From a virus (Duplodnaviria; Caudoviricetes), in IMG/VR virus record IMGVR_UViG_3300005323_000022, positions 1-40,617 of that record: a stretch of 40,617 nucleotides of DNA; one strand, given 5' to 3'. The notes under the pieces are model-generated. The model was not told the DNA's origin, did not search any database, and saw nothing but the letters and a program-made list of their open reading frames with translations. Both the position numbers and the translations under genes were made by a program. This document shows positions 17,453-26,379 of this stretch, in pieces (within the stretch, counting starts at the first letter, position 1; the number at the start of each line of letters is the position of its first letter).

Positions 17453-17785
17453 TTATTTGCCACCTAACATAACAACTTGAATATAACGCAATAAACGCTC
17501 TTTGTCCTCATCGGTCAATTGACCTACCAAGTGCATGAGTTGATCCTGGTATTCTTTATTCACCCCAACCTTTTGCAAAAACCCAACCGCCCTAAATGTT
17601 TCCTCGGGCGATACATTCAATGCCACCGCAATCCGGTTGAGCGAATATTCACTCAATCCTCGTTGTCCTGACATAGCACGCGATATCTGGCTGGTAGATA
17701 CGCCACTTCTTTTGGCCAGGTCTACCTGCTGCCATCCCTTTTCGTCCAATTTTTTCTGAAGCCATTCCGAAAAATTATTGTTCAT
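17453..17785 (-). CDS. CI-like XRE helix-turn-helix repressor (110 aa)
   Basis: WQQVDLAKRSGVSTSQISRAMSG; divergent from the cro-like gene; no S24 peptidase domain. Confidence 0.85.
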   Translation of the reverse strand: MNNNFSEWLQKKLDEKGWQQVDLAKRSGVSTSQISRAMSGQRGLSEYSLNRIAVALNVSPEETFRAVGFLQKVGVNKEYQDQLMHLVGQLTDEDKERLLRYIQVVMLGGK

Positions 17786-17793
17786 AAGTCAAC

Positions 17794-17910
17794 ATTATAT
17801 TAACCGATTGGCAATTGCCATTGGGAAAACGATAATTGCCTATTGACAGATACATTATTTAATTGTATAATTGCCTAAAGGCAATTAGAAATTTATCTTA
17901 TGGCAATTAG
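17794..17910. promoter_or_regulatory. Genetic switch: divergent promoters and operators
   Basis: TTGACA(17843)-17 nt-TATAAT(17866); leftward TATAAT 8 nt before the repressor ATG; inverted repeat TAATTGCCT-AA-AGGCAATTA (17868-17887) and further AATTGCC/GGCAATT half-sites. Confidence 0.85.
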
Positions 17911-17919
17911 GAGCATTTT

Positions 17920-18150
17920 ATGCCAAAAGAATTTACCCAAGCAAATATCAATCTAACTAAGGATGACGCCAACATGGTCGATCATATGATGCGACTAGAT
18001 GGTTATGTCGTGCGCTCTGCCTTTGTGCGTAAGCTCATCCGCCAGGAATGGGCGCGCCGCCATCCCACTAACGAAGATGCAACTCCCAGTCCGACCACCG
18101 AAGAATTAACCAATCTTGTTGCAAAGATCATGCCAACCAGCGAATTGTAA
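17920..18150 (+). CDS. Cro-position regulator, ribbon-helix-helix-like
   Basis: ANINLTKDD...RSAFVRKLIRQE pattern; first gene after the rightward promoter; AGGAG RBS. Confidence 0.6.
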   Translation: MPKEFTQANINLTKDDANMVDHMMRLDGYVVRSAFVRKLIRQEWARRHPTNEDATPSPTTEELTNLVAKIMPTSEL

Positions 18151-18630
18151 GCGGGGTGTCCCCCTCACCCTGTTGACAAGATTATCGGTAAAAGCCTCGC
18201 CGATGCGGTTCCTTCCCTCGTAGACGGCGACCCGGCGGCAACCGGGAACCTTAACAATCAAAAAGTGCAGTCCTGGCGGTGTCTCAAACTATCGGTGGTA
18301 TGAGCGCAAGAATCCGAGCCGCCAGTTGCAGCCAGCCGATGCGTCTGATTGGCATCGCTCCCGACCGTCAAGTGATCGGTGAGAACCCGAAGTGGTAAGT
18401 GGGCAGTATGGCCTAGCCCCAGGCGAAAGCAGACCACATGTACTGAGTTAAGACAAGGCCAGGGGAAAGTCGAAATGGGAGTCGGCGCAAGACGGGGCGT
18501 TCATGCTGGCAAAACGAGTCACCTGCTTTAGTGGTGAGCGCCAGTGGCTCCGCTGGAAACCATGTGGTGCATGGTGACGGCCATCAACAAGGTGGCAACG
18601 GGCGGCGGCCAAATGCCGCCGCCCAAAATC
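18151..18630 (+). ncRNA. Putative structured non-coding RNA/leader
   Basis: No credible ORF; many complementary segments; boxA-like ACCTTAACAA at 18248. Confidence 0.45.
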
Positions 18631-18645
18631 AGAAAGGAGCAGAAC

Positions 18646-18741
18646 ATGATCTCAATCGAAATCGCAGTTGTGGCAATCGTATCTTATGCCTTCGGGGTGA
18701 TGTTCGCAAACCTCGTGGCGTATCTAAGGAGCGGAAAATGA
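18646..18741 (+). CDS. Small membrane protein (31 aa)
   Basis: AAAGGAG RBS; MISIEIAVVAIVSYAFGVMFANLVAYLRSGK. Confidence 0.6.
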   Translation: MISIEIAVVAIVSYAFGVMFANLVAYLRSGK

Positions 18742-19079
18742 CTGCCCTGGGCATCGGCGTTACCGACCGCGATCCAGAAACAGCCCATGACTGGCAACCA
18801 GGCCGCCGTGACTATAAGCCGGATTACCTGCGCAAGGCCATCGCTGAGTACAACGAGGCTGCTGCCGCGCTTAGCGAAGCCGCCGACCGGCACGAGCAGG
18901 GCGATCCAAACCACTCCGAAGTCACGCGTGCCGCTGTCCAGCGCTGCCTGCACATGATGAACGTCAGGCGCTGCAAGATGGAACTGGCCTGGCTGCGGTT
19001 TGAAACCGAACAGTCCGCCCGCACCGCCGACTGGCAGGACGAACAGACGATGTACTCGGACCTGCGCCGCGGCGGATAA
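18738..19079 (+). CDS. Hypothetical protein (113 aa)
   Basis: AAGGAG RBS, ATGA overlap with the preceding gene. Confidence 0.7.
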   Translation: MTALGIGVTDRDPETAHDWQPGRRDYKPDYLRKAIAEYNEAAAALSEAADRHEQGDPNHSEVTRAAVQRCLHMMNVRRCKMELAWLRFETEQSARTADWQDEQTMYSDLRRGG

Positions 19080-19097
19080 CCAAAAATCAGAAAGGAG

Positions 19098-20303
19098 ATG
19101 AAAATGGATACGTCTTTAGCGAATCATCACGAAACCGGCATGACCCGGGTGAAAAATTACATGCTTTCACCCGAGGTAAAAGAGCGCTTCTCGGAAATGA
19201 TGGGCGCGAACGGAATTTATTACCTCAATCAGGTCCTTATCCTGGTGGCGAACTCAAACGACCTACAACAGTGCGATCCAAAATCAATCCTGATCTCGGC
19301 CATGCGCGCTGCCAGCCTCAAACTCTCCGTCGATCCCGCCCAGGGCCAGGCATGGATTATCCCTTACAAGGGCAAGGCGACTTTCCAACTGGGCTATCGT
19401 GGCGTTTATGAACTGGCGCAGCGCACCAATCTCTACCGGTTCATCAACGTCATCGGCGTTTATGAGGGCGAGGAACTGATCGAAAACCGCATGACCGGGA
19501 ATCACACCTTCGGCGGGCAGCGGATCAGCGACAAAGTCATCGCCTACATGCTGTACTTCCAGCTCGTCAATGGCTTCGAAAAAACTTTTGTGATGACGGT
19601 CAAGGAAATCGACGAACACGCCAGGCGCTATTCCGCAGCTTATCATATGCCGAAGTCAAAATGGAACGATCCATACGAGCGTCCGAAGATGGAGAAAAAG
19701 ACCGTCCTGATGAACGGCCTGCGCAAATGGGGTCGTTTCAATGCCGCCGATCTGGACACCATCGAACAGATCGAGAGCGATCAGGGTTGGATCGATCGAT
19801 CGCTCCCTGAAGTAAATGAGGTCAGCAATCCCGAGCCCGAACCAACCCATTCTGCGGCGCAGAACCTTTCTGATTTGGGTTATGACGGAGAAACTGCTGA
19901 AACAGAAACTCCAGATTTGCCTGAAGAACCGGAGTTTAAAACCGAACAACTCTTGGTAGAACCGCTCCGCTATGATCCTGAAACCCTGCGCCAACGGATT
20001 GCCGACATTGCATCGAAATCGCCAAAAGCAAAGGTCACCGCAGAACAGCGCGGCCTGGTCTGCGTCTGCCTAGAGCAGGCGCTAACGGGCAGAGACCCAA
20101 AAGCCAACCGCAAGATGCTTCTGCATTGGTTGACGGGAAAATCCAGCATGACCGAGATTGATGATCCGACCGCTGTTGCACTCTATCGCTGGCTTGAACC
20201 CTCGAAGGACAGCGGCGGCGCATGGATGGCATCGCCAATGGCGGCGAGAGAGGCAGCGGCAGCTTTCGTTGCCGCACAGCCGGAGCAAGAAGGATTGTTG
20301 TAA
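19098..20303 (+). CDS. recT: RecT-family single-strand annealing protein with C-terminal extension
   Basis: LQQCDPKSI, GQAWIIPY, FQLGYRG, MEKKTVL motifs. Confidence 0.88.
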   Translation: MKMDTSLANHHETGMTRVKNYMLSPEVKERFSEMMGANGIYYLNQVLILVANSNDLQQCDPKSILISAMRAASLKLSVDPAQGQAWIIPYKGKATFQLGYRGVYELAQRTNLYRFINVIGVYEGEELIENRMTGNHTFGGQRISDKVIAYMLYFQLVNGFEKTFVMTVKEIDEHARRYSAAYHMPKSKWNDPYERPKMEKKTVLMNGLRKWGRFNAADLDTIEQIESDQGWIDRSLPEVNEVSNPEPEPTHSAAQNLSDLGYDGETAETETPDLPEEPEFKTEQLLVEPLRYDPETLRQRIADIASKSPKAKVTAEQRGLVCVCLEQALTGRDPKANRKMLLHWLTGKSSMTEIDDPTAVALYRWLEPSKDSGGAWMASPMAAREAAAAFVAAQPEQEGLL

Positions 20304-20322
20304 AACGGGAGGAGAGGCAAAA

Positions 20323-20691
20323 ATGATTAGCCAACTCTTGGATCAACTGGCTGAATACCAGGCGCAGAAGGATGCAATCAGCCTGAAGAAACAAGACTTA
20401 ATTGATAGCATCCTGACCGCAGAAATCAAGGCGAAACTCACAGAAATTGAAGCCGAGTTTTCCATCCAATCGGAAGGTGTGGATACGAACATCTCCGAGC
20501 TTACCAATAAGATTAAAACCGAAGTCATCGCTCACGGCGAAAGCGTGAAGGGAACTTATCTGCACGCCGTCTATGCCAAAGGGCGTGTTTCTTGGAACAC
20601 CGAAAAGTTGGACGGTCTCATGCTCGCATTTCCGCAGCTCAAAGAAGCCCGTAAAGAGGGCGAGCCTTCGGTTTCAATTCGAAAAATTTAA
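20323..20691 (+). CDS. Coiled-coil hypothetical protein (122 aa; possibly Gp157/Gam-like)
   Basis: GGAGGAG RBS; helical N-terminus; follows recT. Confidence 0.6.
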   Translation: MISQLLDQLAEYQAQKDAISLKKQDLIDSILTAEIKAKLTEIEAEFSIQSEGVDTNISELTNKIKTEVIAHGESVKGTYLHAVYAKGRVSWNTEKLDGLMLAFPQLKEARKEGEPSVSIRKI

Positions 20692-20813
20692 CCAGGAAAC
20701 GCTCCCTGCGTGCGGTCTACGGATCGCCCCCAGGGAGTGGTTACCCCTGGAATCTCCTTTCTAACGCCGGGCGGTACAAAGATTAGTGCCGCCCGGCAAG
20801 GAGCGCAAAACAA

Positions 20814-21215
20814 ATGCCGACCACAAAATATTACGATGAAGTTGTCTCAAAAATTCCTCTAGGCGTGGAGCGCAAAATTTATAGCGTCCTCTGCAACCAT
20901 GTCGGGGAGCGCAACGCCATCAGCCTGCGCGATTTGACGAAGTTGGCTTTCGGCGGGTTGTACAACTCCACCACGGAACGCCAATGCCGCGAGGCCATCC
21001 GCGTCCTACGTATCGAGCATCACATTCCGGTGATGTCACACTCCGGCAAGCCCGGCCGCTGGATGGCTGCAACCGACGATGAAATTACGGTATCGGCCAC
21101 GGAGTTGGAGACCAGGGCATACGCCGACCTGGAAACCGCGAAAGCGCTGAGGCAGGCCAGAATTCATGGCCGGGACCCATTCCAGGAAAGACCGCTTCAG
21201 GAGGCATTGCTTTGA
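20814..21215 (+). CDS. Putative winged-helix DNA-binding protein
   Basis: AISLRDL...ERQCREAIRVLR...GRWMA pattern; AAGGAG RBS. Confidence 0.6.
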   Translation: MPTTKYYDEVVSKIPLGVERKIYSVLCNHVGERNAISLRDLTKLAFGGLYNSTTERQCREAIRVLRIEHHIPVMSHSGKPGRWMAATDDEITVSATELETRAYADLETAKALRQARIHGRDPFQERPLQEALL

Positions 21216-21406
21216 AAGATTTTTACCTCAATGACATTGTGATTACGCCTTTCGGGGTCGGCATCGTGCAGGGCACGCTCACCAAAGACGGCAAAGTCAA
21301 GATATTGGTCTCGCATGAGGGAAGCCTGGATGACAAACGGCAGCCGGCGGTTTTGCATGCCCATCCCCCGGAGCTGCTTACCAGGTTGGTCAGGAGTAGC
21401 GAATGA
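21212..21406 (+). CDS. Hypothetical protein (64 aa)
   Basis: GGAGG RBS and overlaps with both neighbours. Confidence 0.6.
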   Translation: MKDFYLNDIVITPFGVGIVQGTLTKDGKVKILVSHEGSLDDKRQPAVLHAHPPELLTRLVRSSE

Positions 21407-21798
21407 CCCTCTGCCAGTATCCCGGCTGTACGAACCCAGCCATAAATCCCGGCCGCAAATCCGTACCTCCTTACTGTCTTGCCCACAAAAGAGAAATTAT
21501 GAATGAATGGTATCGGAAATATTATCTGATTCATCGTGAAAAGCTCGCAGAACAAAAACGGCAACACTACCAGAAGAAATCAACCGAAAAACGGAATGAC
21601 CGGGAGAAGTCAAAACCGAAGAGATATCAACTCACGGGCAGTATGGCCGACATCCGGCTCGTCGAAGACGAACTCGGAATCCACCGGCCGACCAAAGTCT
21701 GCCGGCGCTGCGGGCAAAAACTTCCGCCGGTCAACAAACGTCCGTACATGTCGTACTGCTGCCGGGAACATTATCTCGCGGCGTTTAGGAGTGTGTGA
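21403..21798 (+). CDS. Basic Cys-rich hypothetical protein
   Basis: CQYPGC...YCLAH and CRRC...YCCREH motifs. Confidence 0.65.
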   Translation: MTLCQYPGCTNPAINPGRKSVPPYCLAHKREIMNEWYRKYYLIHREKLAEQKRQHYQKKSTEKRNDREKSKPKRYQLTGSMADIRLVEDELGIHRPTKVCRRCGQKLPPVNKRPYMSYCCREHYLAAFRSV

Positions 21799-22565
21799 TG
21801 GCGGGAAGAACTCCTTTATCGAAAAAGATAAGATTCGAGGTATTTAAGCGGGATCGCTTTATTTGCCAATACTGCGGAAGAAGTGCTCCCGAAATCGTTC
21901 TTCAAATAGATCACATAAAACCTGTTTCGAAGGGCGGAGATAACGATATCACAAATCTTATCACCTCATGCTTCGACTGCAATTCCGGGAAACGAGACAG
22001 AGAGTTGTCCGATGATGCGGTTGTCAAAAAACGTAAGGCGCAATTGGATGAACTGCAAGAACGGCAAGAACAGATCAGGATGATGTACGAATGGCAAAAA
22101 GGTCTGATCGACATCGAAAATTATCAGGCTGGAAAAGCGGCGAGTCTATTCGAGGAACTTACAGGATATCACGTTACCACACAGGGAATAAATACATTGA
22201 GGAAATTGTGTTCCAAATATCACTTCGGAGAAGTGATAGAGGTGATCCATATATCCGTAGACCAGTATGTTAAACAAAATAAAGATACCGAATCGGTCAA
22301 CAAGGCGTTCGATTATATCGAAAAAATATGCCGATCAAGAAGGGCATCCCAAGAAAAGCCTTATTTGAGGGACATATATTACATCCGTGGAATCCTACGT
22401 AATCGCTTCAGGTATGTGGCTGATTACGATGCAAAAAATATGCTGGAAAAAGCGATACTGAGAGGTTGCGACGTCGATAAACTCAAAATAATCGCTCTTG
22501 ATGCGACTAACTGGTCAGACTGGAAAGCAAAGATGGAGGCTTTATGGGTAAGCGAAGAACCCTAG
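21795..22565 (+). CDS. HNH endonuclease-domain protein
   Basis: RFEVFKRDRFICQYCG...IDHIKPVSKGG...CFDCN. Confidence 0.9.
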   Translation: MMAGRTPLSKKIRFEVFKRDRFICQYCGRSAPEIVLQIDHIKPVSKGGDNDITNLITSCFDCNSGKRDRELSDDAVVKKRKAQLDELQERQEQIRMMYEWQKGLIDIENYQAGKAASLFEELTGYHVTTQGINTLRKLCSKYHFGEVIEVIHISVDQYVKQNKDTESVNKAFDYIEKICRSRRASQEKPYLRDIYYIRGILRNRFRYVADYDAKNMLEKAILRGCDVDKLKIIALDATNWSDWKAKMEALWVSEEP

Positions 22566-23449
22566 ATAGCAAAATCAGATCTTCCCAGTCTTTCGCCAGG
22601 CTAACATACCGCCAACGAGACCTGTGGCAGGGCCTAATTGTAATAGCGGATGATCAGGGGCGACTGCCAGGAACCACAGCTTATATACGCTCCCAAGTTT
22701 GGCCTTATGACGACATGCCTTTGAGCGAGGTCGAAGAAGACTTATCCGTCCTCGTGGCCAGCGGTTACATACTGCGATACTCTAAAGACGGCAACGGCTA
22801 TGTACAGATCATCAAATGGCACAAGTATCAGAGCAACGCCGAATGGTTGGGTTTGTCGGATTACCCGGCCCCAGACGGCTGGATTGATCACGCCAGGTAT
22901 CACGGAAAGGGAAACAAGGTAGTAACTCTCAACTGGGAAACAAGGCTGATCGATAGCGAGCTACCTACCCCTCTACCTACCCCTCTACCTACCCCTCTAC
23001 CTACCCATCTACCTACCCCTCTACCTTGCCGCGATGGTGATGGTGATGGTGATGGTGATGGTGATGGTGATGGTGATGGTGATGGTGATGGTGATGCGAA
23101 GGCAAAAACCTACTCCGGCAACGCCAAATTTTTCAGCGATGATGCCGAAATCTTGCAGATTTTGACCGCAGTTACAGGTTTTACAGCCTTCCCAATCAAA
23201 AACCGCGAAGAGCATATTGCGCAGATCCGATCCATTCGCGGCAGAGATAGCCCGGCCGAATACCTCCAGCCGTTTTATGCCGAGTGGATCAAGCGCGGTT
23301 ATAGCAAAGCCAATCTTTCGTGGCTGGATTGGGCGGTGACCGGTGAGATACCGCCGCCGCACAAGAAAGACCCGCCGCCGAACAGGAAATTGACCCGCGA
23401 GGAGCAACTCGCGGCCGCATCAGCAGAACTTTATGGGAGCCAGACATGA
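22544..23449 (+). CDS. Replication initiator protein
   Basis: N-terminal ADDQGR...QIIKWHKYQ pattern, internal tandem repeats, upstream of the helicase. Confidence 0.8.
   Translation: MGKRRTLDSKIRSSQSFARLTYRQRDLWQGLIVIADDQGRLPGTTAYIRSQVWPYDDMPLSEVEEDLSVLVASGYILRYSKDGNGYVQIIKWHKYQSNAEWLGLSDYPAPDGWIDHARYHGKGNKVVTLNWETRLIDSELPTPLPTPLPTPLPTHLPTPLPCRDGDGDGDGDGDGDGDGDGDGDAKAKTYSGNAKFFSDDAEILQILTAVTGFTAFPIKNREEHIAQIRSIRGRDSPAEYLQPFYAEWIKRGYSKANLSWLDWAVTGEIPPPHKKDPPPNRKLTREEQLAAASAELYGSQT
22961..23026 (+). repeat. 12-bp tandem repeat CTACCTACCCCT x5.5 (putative iterons)
   Basis: Directly visible; encodes LPTP repeats. Confidence 0.85.
23033..23096 (+). repeat. GATGGT x10 microsatellite
   Basis: Directly visible; encodes (DG)10. 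Confidence 0.95.
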
Positions 23450-24750
23450 CAGACATCGCACCGCTATACTCGCAAGAGGCCGAAGAGGGTGTACTCGGAT
23501 CGGTGATCGTCAACCCGCTGCTGGTGGATGACATCGACCTGGACCCAGAAGAATTCTACCTGCACAAAAACGGGTTTATCTGGCAGGCGGTCATGGCGCT
23601 CAAACGTTCCGGTCAGCCGGTGGATTACGTCACCCTATCCGACCAGCTCAAACGCACCGGCAAACTCGACGAGATCGGCGGGGACGCGTACCTGCTCAAA
23701 TTGAGCGTGGCCGCCGGCATCAACGGCGAGAAATACGCCGGTATCGTGCGCGAATATTTCAAGCGCCGGCAGCTCACAGCGGAAGCCTCCGCCCTGGCAA
23801 ACGCCGCCCGGGACATGGAGCGTCCGGTTGACGATATCATCGCTGAGCGAACGACCGGGCTGACCGCCATCAGCACCAGCAGCGGCGACGGCTCGCTGTC
23901 CTACGAGAAGCTGCTGTCCAGGCACTACGACCGCATGGCCGAGAAGGTGCCGCCATCGGGCATCAAAACCGGTTTCAAGCAATTCGATAACATCACCGGC
24001 GGCATCTTCCCATCGGAATTTATCTTGTTCTACGGCAAACCGAAGGTCAAAAAGACGCAGTTCCTGCACCAGATGGCGGAGGGCATCTCCAGGGGCGGTG
24101 TTCCGGTGGCGGTTTTCCAGGTCGAAACGCAGGAAGAGACGATCATGGACCGGGATGTTTCCAGGTTATCGCTTGAATTCCAGGAGCACATCACCACCCG
24201 CGAGTTGGAGAGCCGGGACCTGAAAGAATCGCAATGGCCGGTCTACACGGCGCTGATCGAGAAAAATTCTAGCTTGCCAATTTTTATAAACTTCGACCAG
24301 CAGACGACGGCCAGCATCGAGGCCGAGGCCGCCAGGCTAAAGGTCAAGCACGGCATCAAGGTCGTGATGATCGACTACCTGCGCCTGCTGGGTGACTCCA
24401 TCGGGCGCATGGAGGAGTGGCAGCGCCAGGAGATGATCGCCCGGCGGCTGAAGATATTCTCCCGGCGCTCCGGTCTGGCCGTCATCGCCATCCATAACCT
24501 GCTCAAGGAGGGCATTGAGTCGAGCCGGCCAAAGACCGAGGACGGTAGCGGTGGCGCAGGCATCCCGTACGACTGTGACAAGAGTATTTTTATCACCGAG
24601 CACATCCCCGGTCCGAACGAGACACAGCGCGAAAACATCCGGACGTTTATCATCGACCTGAGCCGCCGGGCGGTGAAGAAGAAATTTTTCCACATGGTCG
24701 CACACCCTGAATACCCATGCTACCGCGATCCTGTTTTTGGAGAGATATGA
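23446..24750 (+). CDS. dnaB: DnaB-like replicative helicase
   Basis: EAEEGVLGS N-domain, GIKTGFKQFDNITGG, VMIDYLRLL; Walker A is atypical. Confidence 0.85.
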   Translation: MTDIAPLYSQEAEEGVLGSVIVNPLLVDDIDLDPEEFYLHKNGFIWQAVMALKRSGQPVDYVTLSDQLKRTGKLDEIGGDAYLLKLSVAAGINGEKYAGIVREYFKRRQLTAEASALANAARDMERPVDDIIAERTTGLTAISTSSGDGSLSYEKLLSRHYDRMAEKVPPSGIKTGFKQFDNITGGIFPSEFILFYGKPKVKKTQFLHQMAEGISRGGVPVAVFQVETQEETIMDRDVSRLSLEFQEHITTRELESRDLKESQWPVYTALIEKNSSLPIFINFDQQTTASIEAEAARLKVKHGIKVVMIDYLRLLGDSIGRMEEWQRQEMIARRLKIFSRRSGLAVIAIHNLLKEGIESSRPKTEDGSGGAGIPYDCDKSIFITEHIPGPNETQRENIRTFIIDLSRRAVKKKFFHMVAHPEYPCYRDPVFGEI

Positions 24751-24971
24751 TGTGCCGAAAATGTGACTACTTCCAGATCCAGCTGCATCTGCGCCGGGAG
24801 GAACTTCTGCGGACGCCGGTGTGTCAAACGCAGCGCCTGGAATCGATCTGCGACGAGATCGACGCGCTGGAAGTGGATTGGTTGTTCCACCGCTGCTATG
24901 GACATGGCGCTTTCTGGCAGGCATGGCCGGAAGTAAAACCATGTATGGCATTTATAGAGAGGCTAAACTGA
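24747..24971 (+). CDS. Hypothetical protein (74 aa)
   Basis: GGAG RBS, ATGA overlap. Confidence 0.55.
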   Translation: MMCRKCDYFQIQLHLRREELLRTPVCQTQRLESICDEIDALEVDWLFHRCYGHGAFWQAWPEVKPCMAFIERLN

Positions 24972-25174
24972 TGGACACCGATATGCTTGGAAAAACAGTT
25001 CGCAACGTCTGCACCGGCGAGGTCGGCCAGGTACGCGGCGTTCGGGCGCTCGATATCAACGGCGAGCCCGGCGTGTACGTCGAAGTGCCGGTCATCACCC
25101 AACGCGGCAAGCACCCTTTGATGAACCGCGTGTGGAACCTGAAAGAGATCGAGGTGGCCGATGAACAAATATAA
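24971..25174 (+). CDS. Hypothetical protein (67 aa)
   Basis: GAGG RBS, TGATG overlap. Confidence 0.55.
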   Translation: MDTDMLGKTVRNVCTGEVGQVRGVRALDINGEPGVYVEVPVITQRGKHPLMNRVWNLKEIEVADEQI

Positions 25175-25493
25175 TGCCCGCAAGGTTATGATCGACGGCA
25201 TCACTTTTGACAGCCAGAGGGAAGCCGCAAGGTATCAGGAGTTGAAGCTCCTGGAGCGGGCAGGCGAGATAACCTGGCTGGAAGTGCACCCGTCCTTCGA
25301 GTTGCTGCCGTGCTTCGCCTATAACGGCAAGCGCGAGCGGGCGACGCATTACGAGGCTGATTTCCAGTACCAACAGAACGGCAAGGTGATCGTGGAGGAC
25401 GTGAAAGGAATTTCAACCGAGGCGTTCAGGCTTAAACGCAAGATGTTCCTGTTCGTCCACGGCGACAAATACGATTTCAGGATTGTGAGATAG
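25161..25493 (+). CDS. DUF1064-family PD-(D/E)XK nuclease-like protein
   Basis: NKYNARK..IDGITFDSQREA..YEADFQY..VEDVKG. Confidence 0.9.
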   Translation: MNKYNARKVMIDGITFDSQREAARYQELKLLERAGEITWLEVHPSFELLPCFAYNGKRERATHYEADFQYQQNGKVIVEDVKGISTEAFRLKRKMFLFVHGDKYDFRIVR

Positions 25494-25502
25494 GAGAGGA
25501 AA

Positions 25503-25979
25503 ATGACTGACTTTACACCGGAATTTATCGCGGATGAACTTGCCAAAGCGGAGAAGGCAACGCCGAGGCCATATTACTATGGTCCTGAAGGTGATTATAT
25601 AGCAATTGCGTCCCATGTTTATAACGTATGGAGCGATTTGTTATGCGAAGGTAACCGCATGGAGAACGCAGAGTATCTCATAACTGCCGTCAATCATTAC
25701 GAGGATGCGCTGAAAGAGATCGGGCGGCTGAGAGCTTATATAGATCGCCTGTTGCAGGACGACGAACATACGCTCCAATGTACTCGATGCGGGGAGAAGT
25801 ACATTGCTCTAGCAGGGATGGAGGCGGTGTTGCAGTGGTATGCAGATTGTCAGAACTGGATTAATGGCATATGCGGATCGATAAAATATAAATTTGATTT
25901 TGGCGCAGAAACTTCGTATTGGAAACCGGATAATGGCGATTTGGCACGCAAGATACTGAATCTAGGCGGTGAGGAATGA
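25503..25979 (+). CDS. Hypothetical protein, Ead/Ea22-like N-terminus
   Basis: AEKATPRPY...NAEYLITAVN pattern. Confidence 0.6.
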   Translation: MTDFTPEFIADELAKAEKATPRPYYYGPEGDYIAIASHVYNVWSDLLCEGNRMENAEYLITAVNHYEDALKEIGRLRAYIDRLLQDDEHTLQCTRCGEKYIALAGMEAVLQWYADCQNWINGICGSIKYKFDFGAETSYWKPDNGDLARKILNLGGEE

Positions 25980-26379
25980 GCGAAGAATTTAAGTGTGGGT
26001 ACTGCGGAATGAAACTAACATCTGCCGATGCTTTTCACAATCTGTCGGATTGCGCGGTTCGATATCAAGATGCACTTGAAGCCATTATCAATGGCGAGGG
26101 TGATCCGAATAATTTGGCAATAAAAGCCCTGAAAGGCGGTGAAAAATTACCAGATTATAACGAAAATGGGACAGCTAATCCGAAGGGAGATGCGGCATAT
26201 TGGCGCACTCGTGCCGAAGCCGCAGAGAAGCGGATAAATGAACTGGAAGCGGCATTGCAGTATGCAGAGGGGCATAATTGGATGGGTGTTGATTTTGGTG
26301 TCGAGTCGTCTTGGGAACCGGATAATGGCGATTTGGCACGCAAGATACTGAATCTAGGCGGTGAGGAATGAGCGAAGAA
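25924..26379 (+). repeat. 64-bp exact direct repeat (25924-25987 and 26316-26379)
   Basis: AACCGGATAATGGCGATTTGGCACGCAAGATACTGAATCTAGGCGGTGAGGAATGAGCGAAGAA occurs twice. Confidence 0.95.
25976..26371 (+). CDS. Hypothetical protein (131 aa)
   Basis: ATGA overlaps; C-terminus shared with the upstream gene. Confidence 0.7.
   Translation: MSEEFKCGYCGMKLTSADAFHNLSDCAVRYQDALEAIINGEGDPNNLAIKALKGGEKLPDYNENGTANPKGDAAYWRTRAEAAEKRINELEAALQYAEGHNWMGVDFGVESSWEPDNGDLARKILNLGGEE

Noticed and set aside
18460-18520. raiA-motif or RNase P RNA (GAAAGTCG, GGCAAAACGA)
   Set aside because: Only short word matches; the remaining conserved elements were not found
23021-23407. Minus-strand ORF with (IT)n tract
   Set aside because: Antisense reading of the GATGGT repeat
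25924-26379. Diversity-generating retroelement TR/VR pair
   Set aside because: No reverse transcriptase in the genome; the core is identical and flanking differences are not adenine-specific
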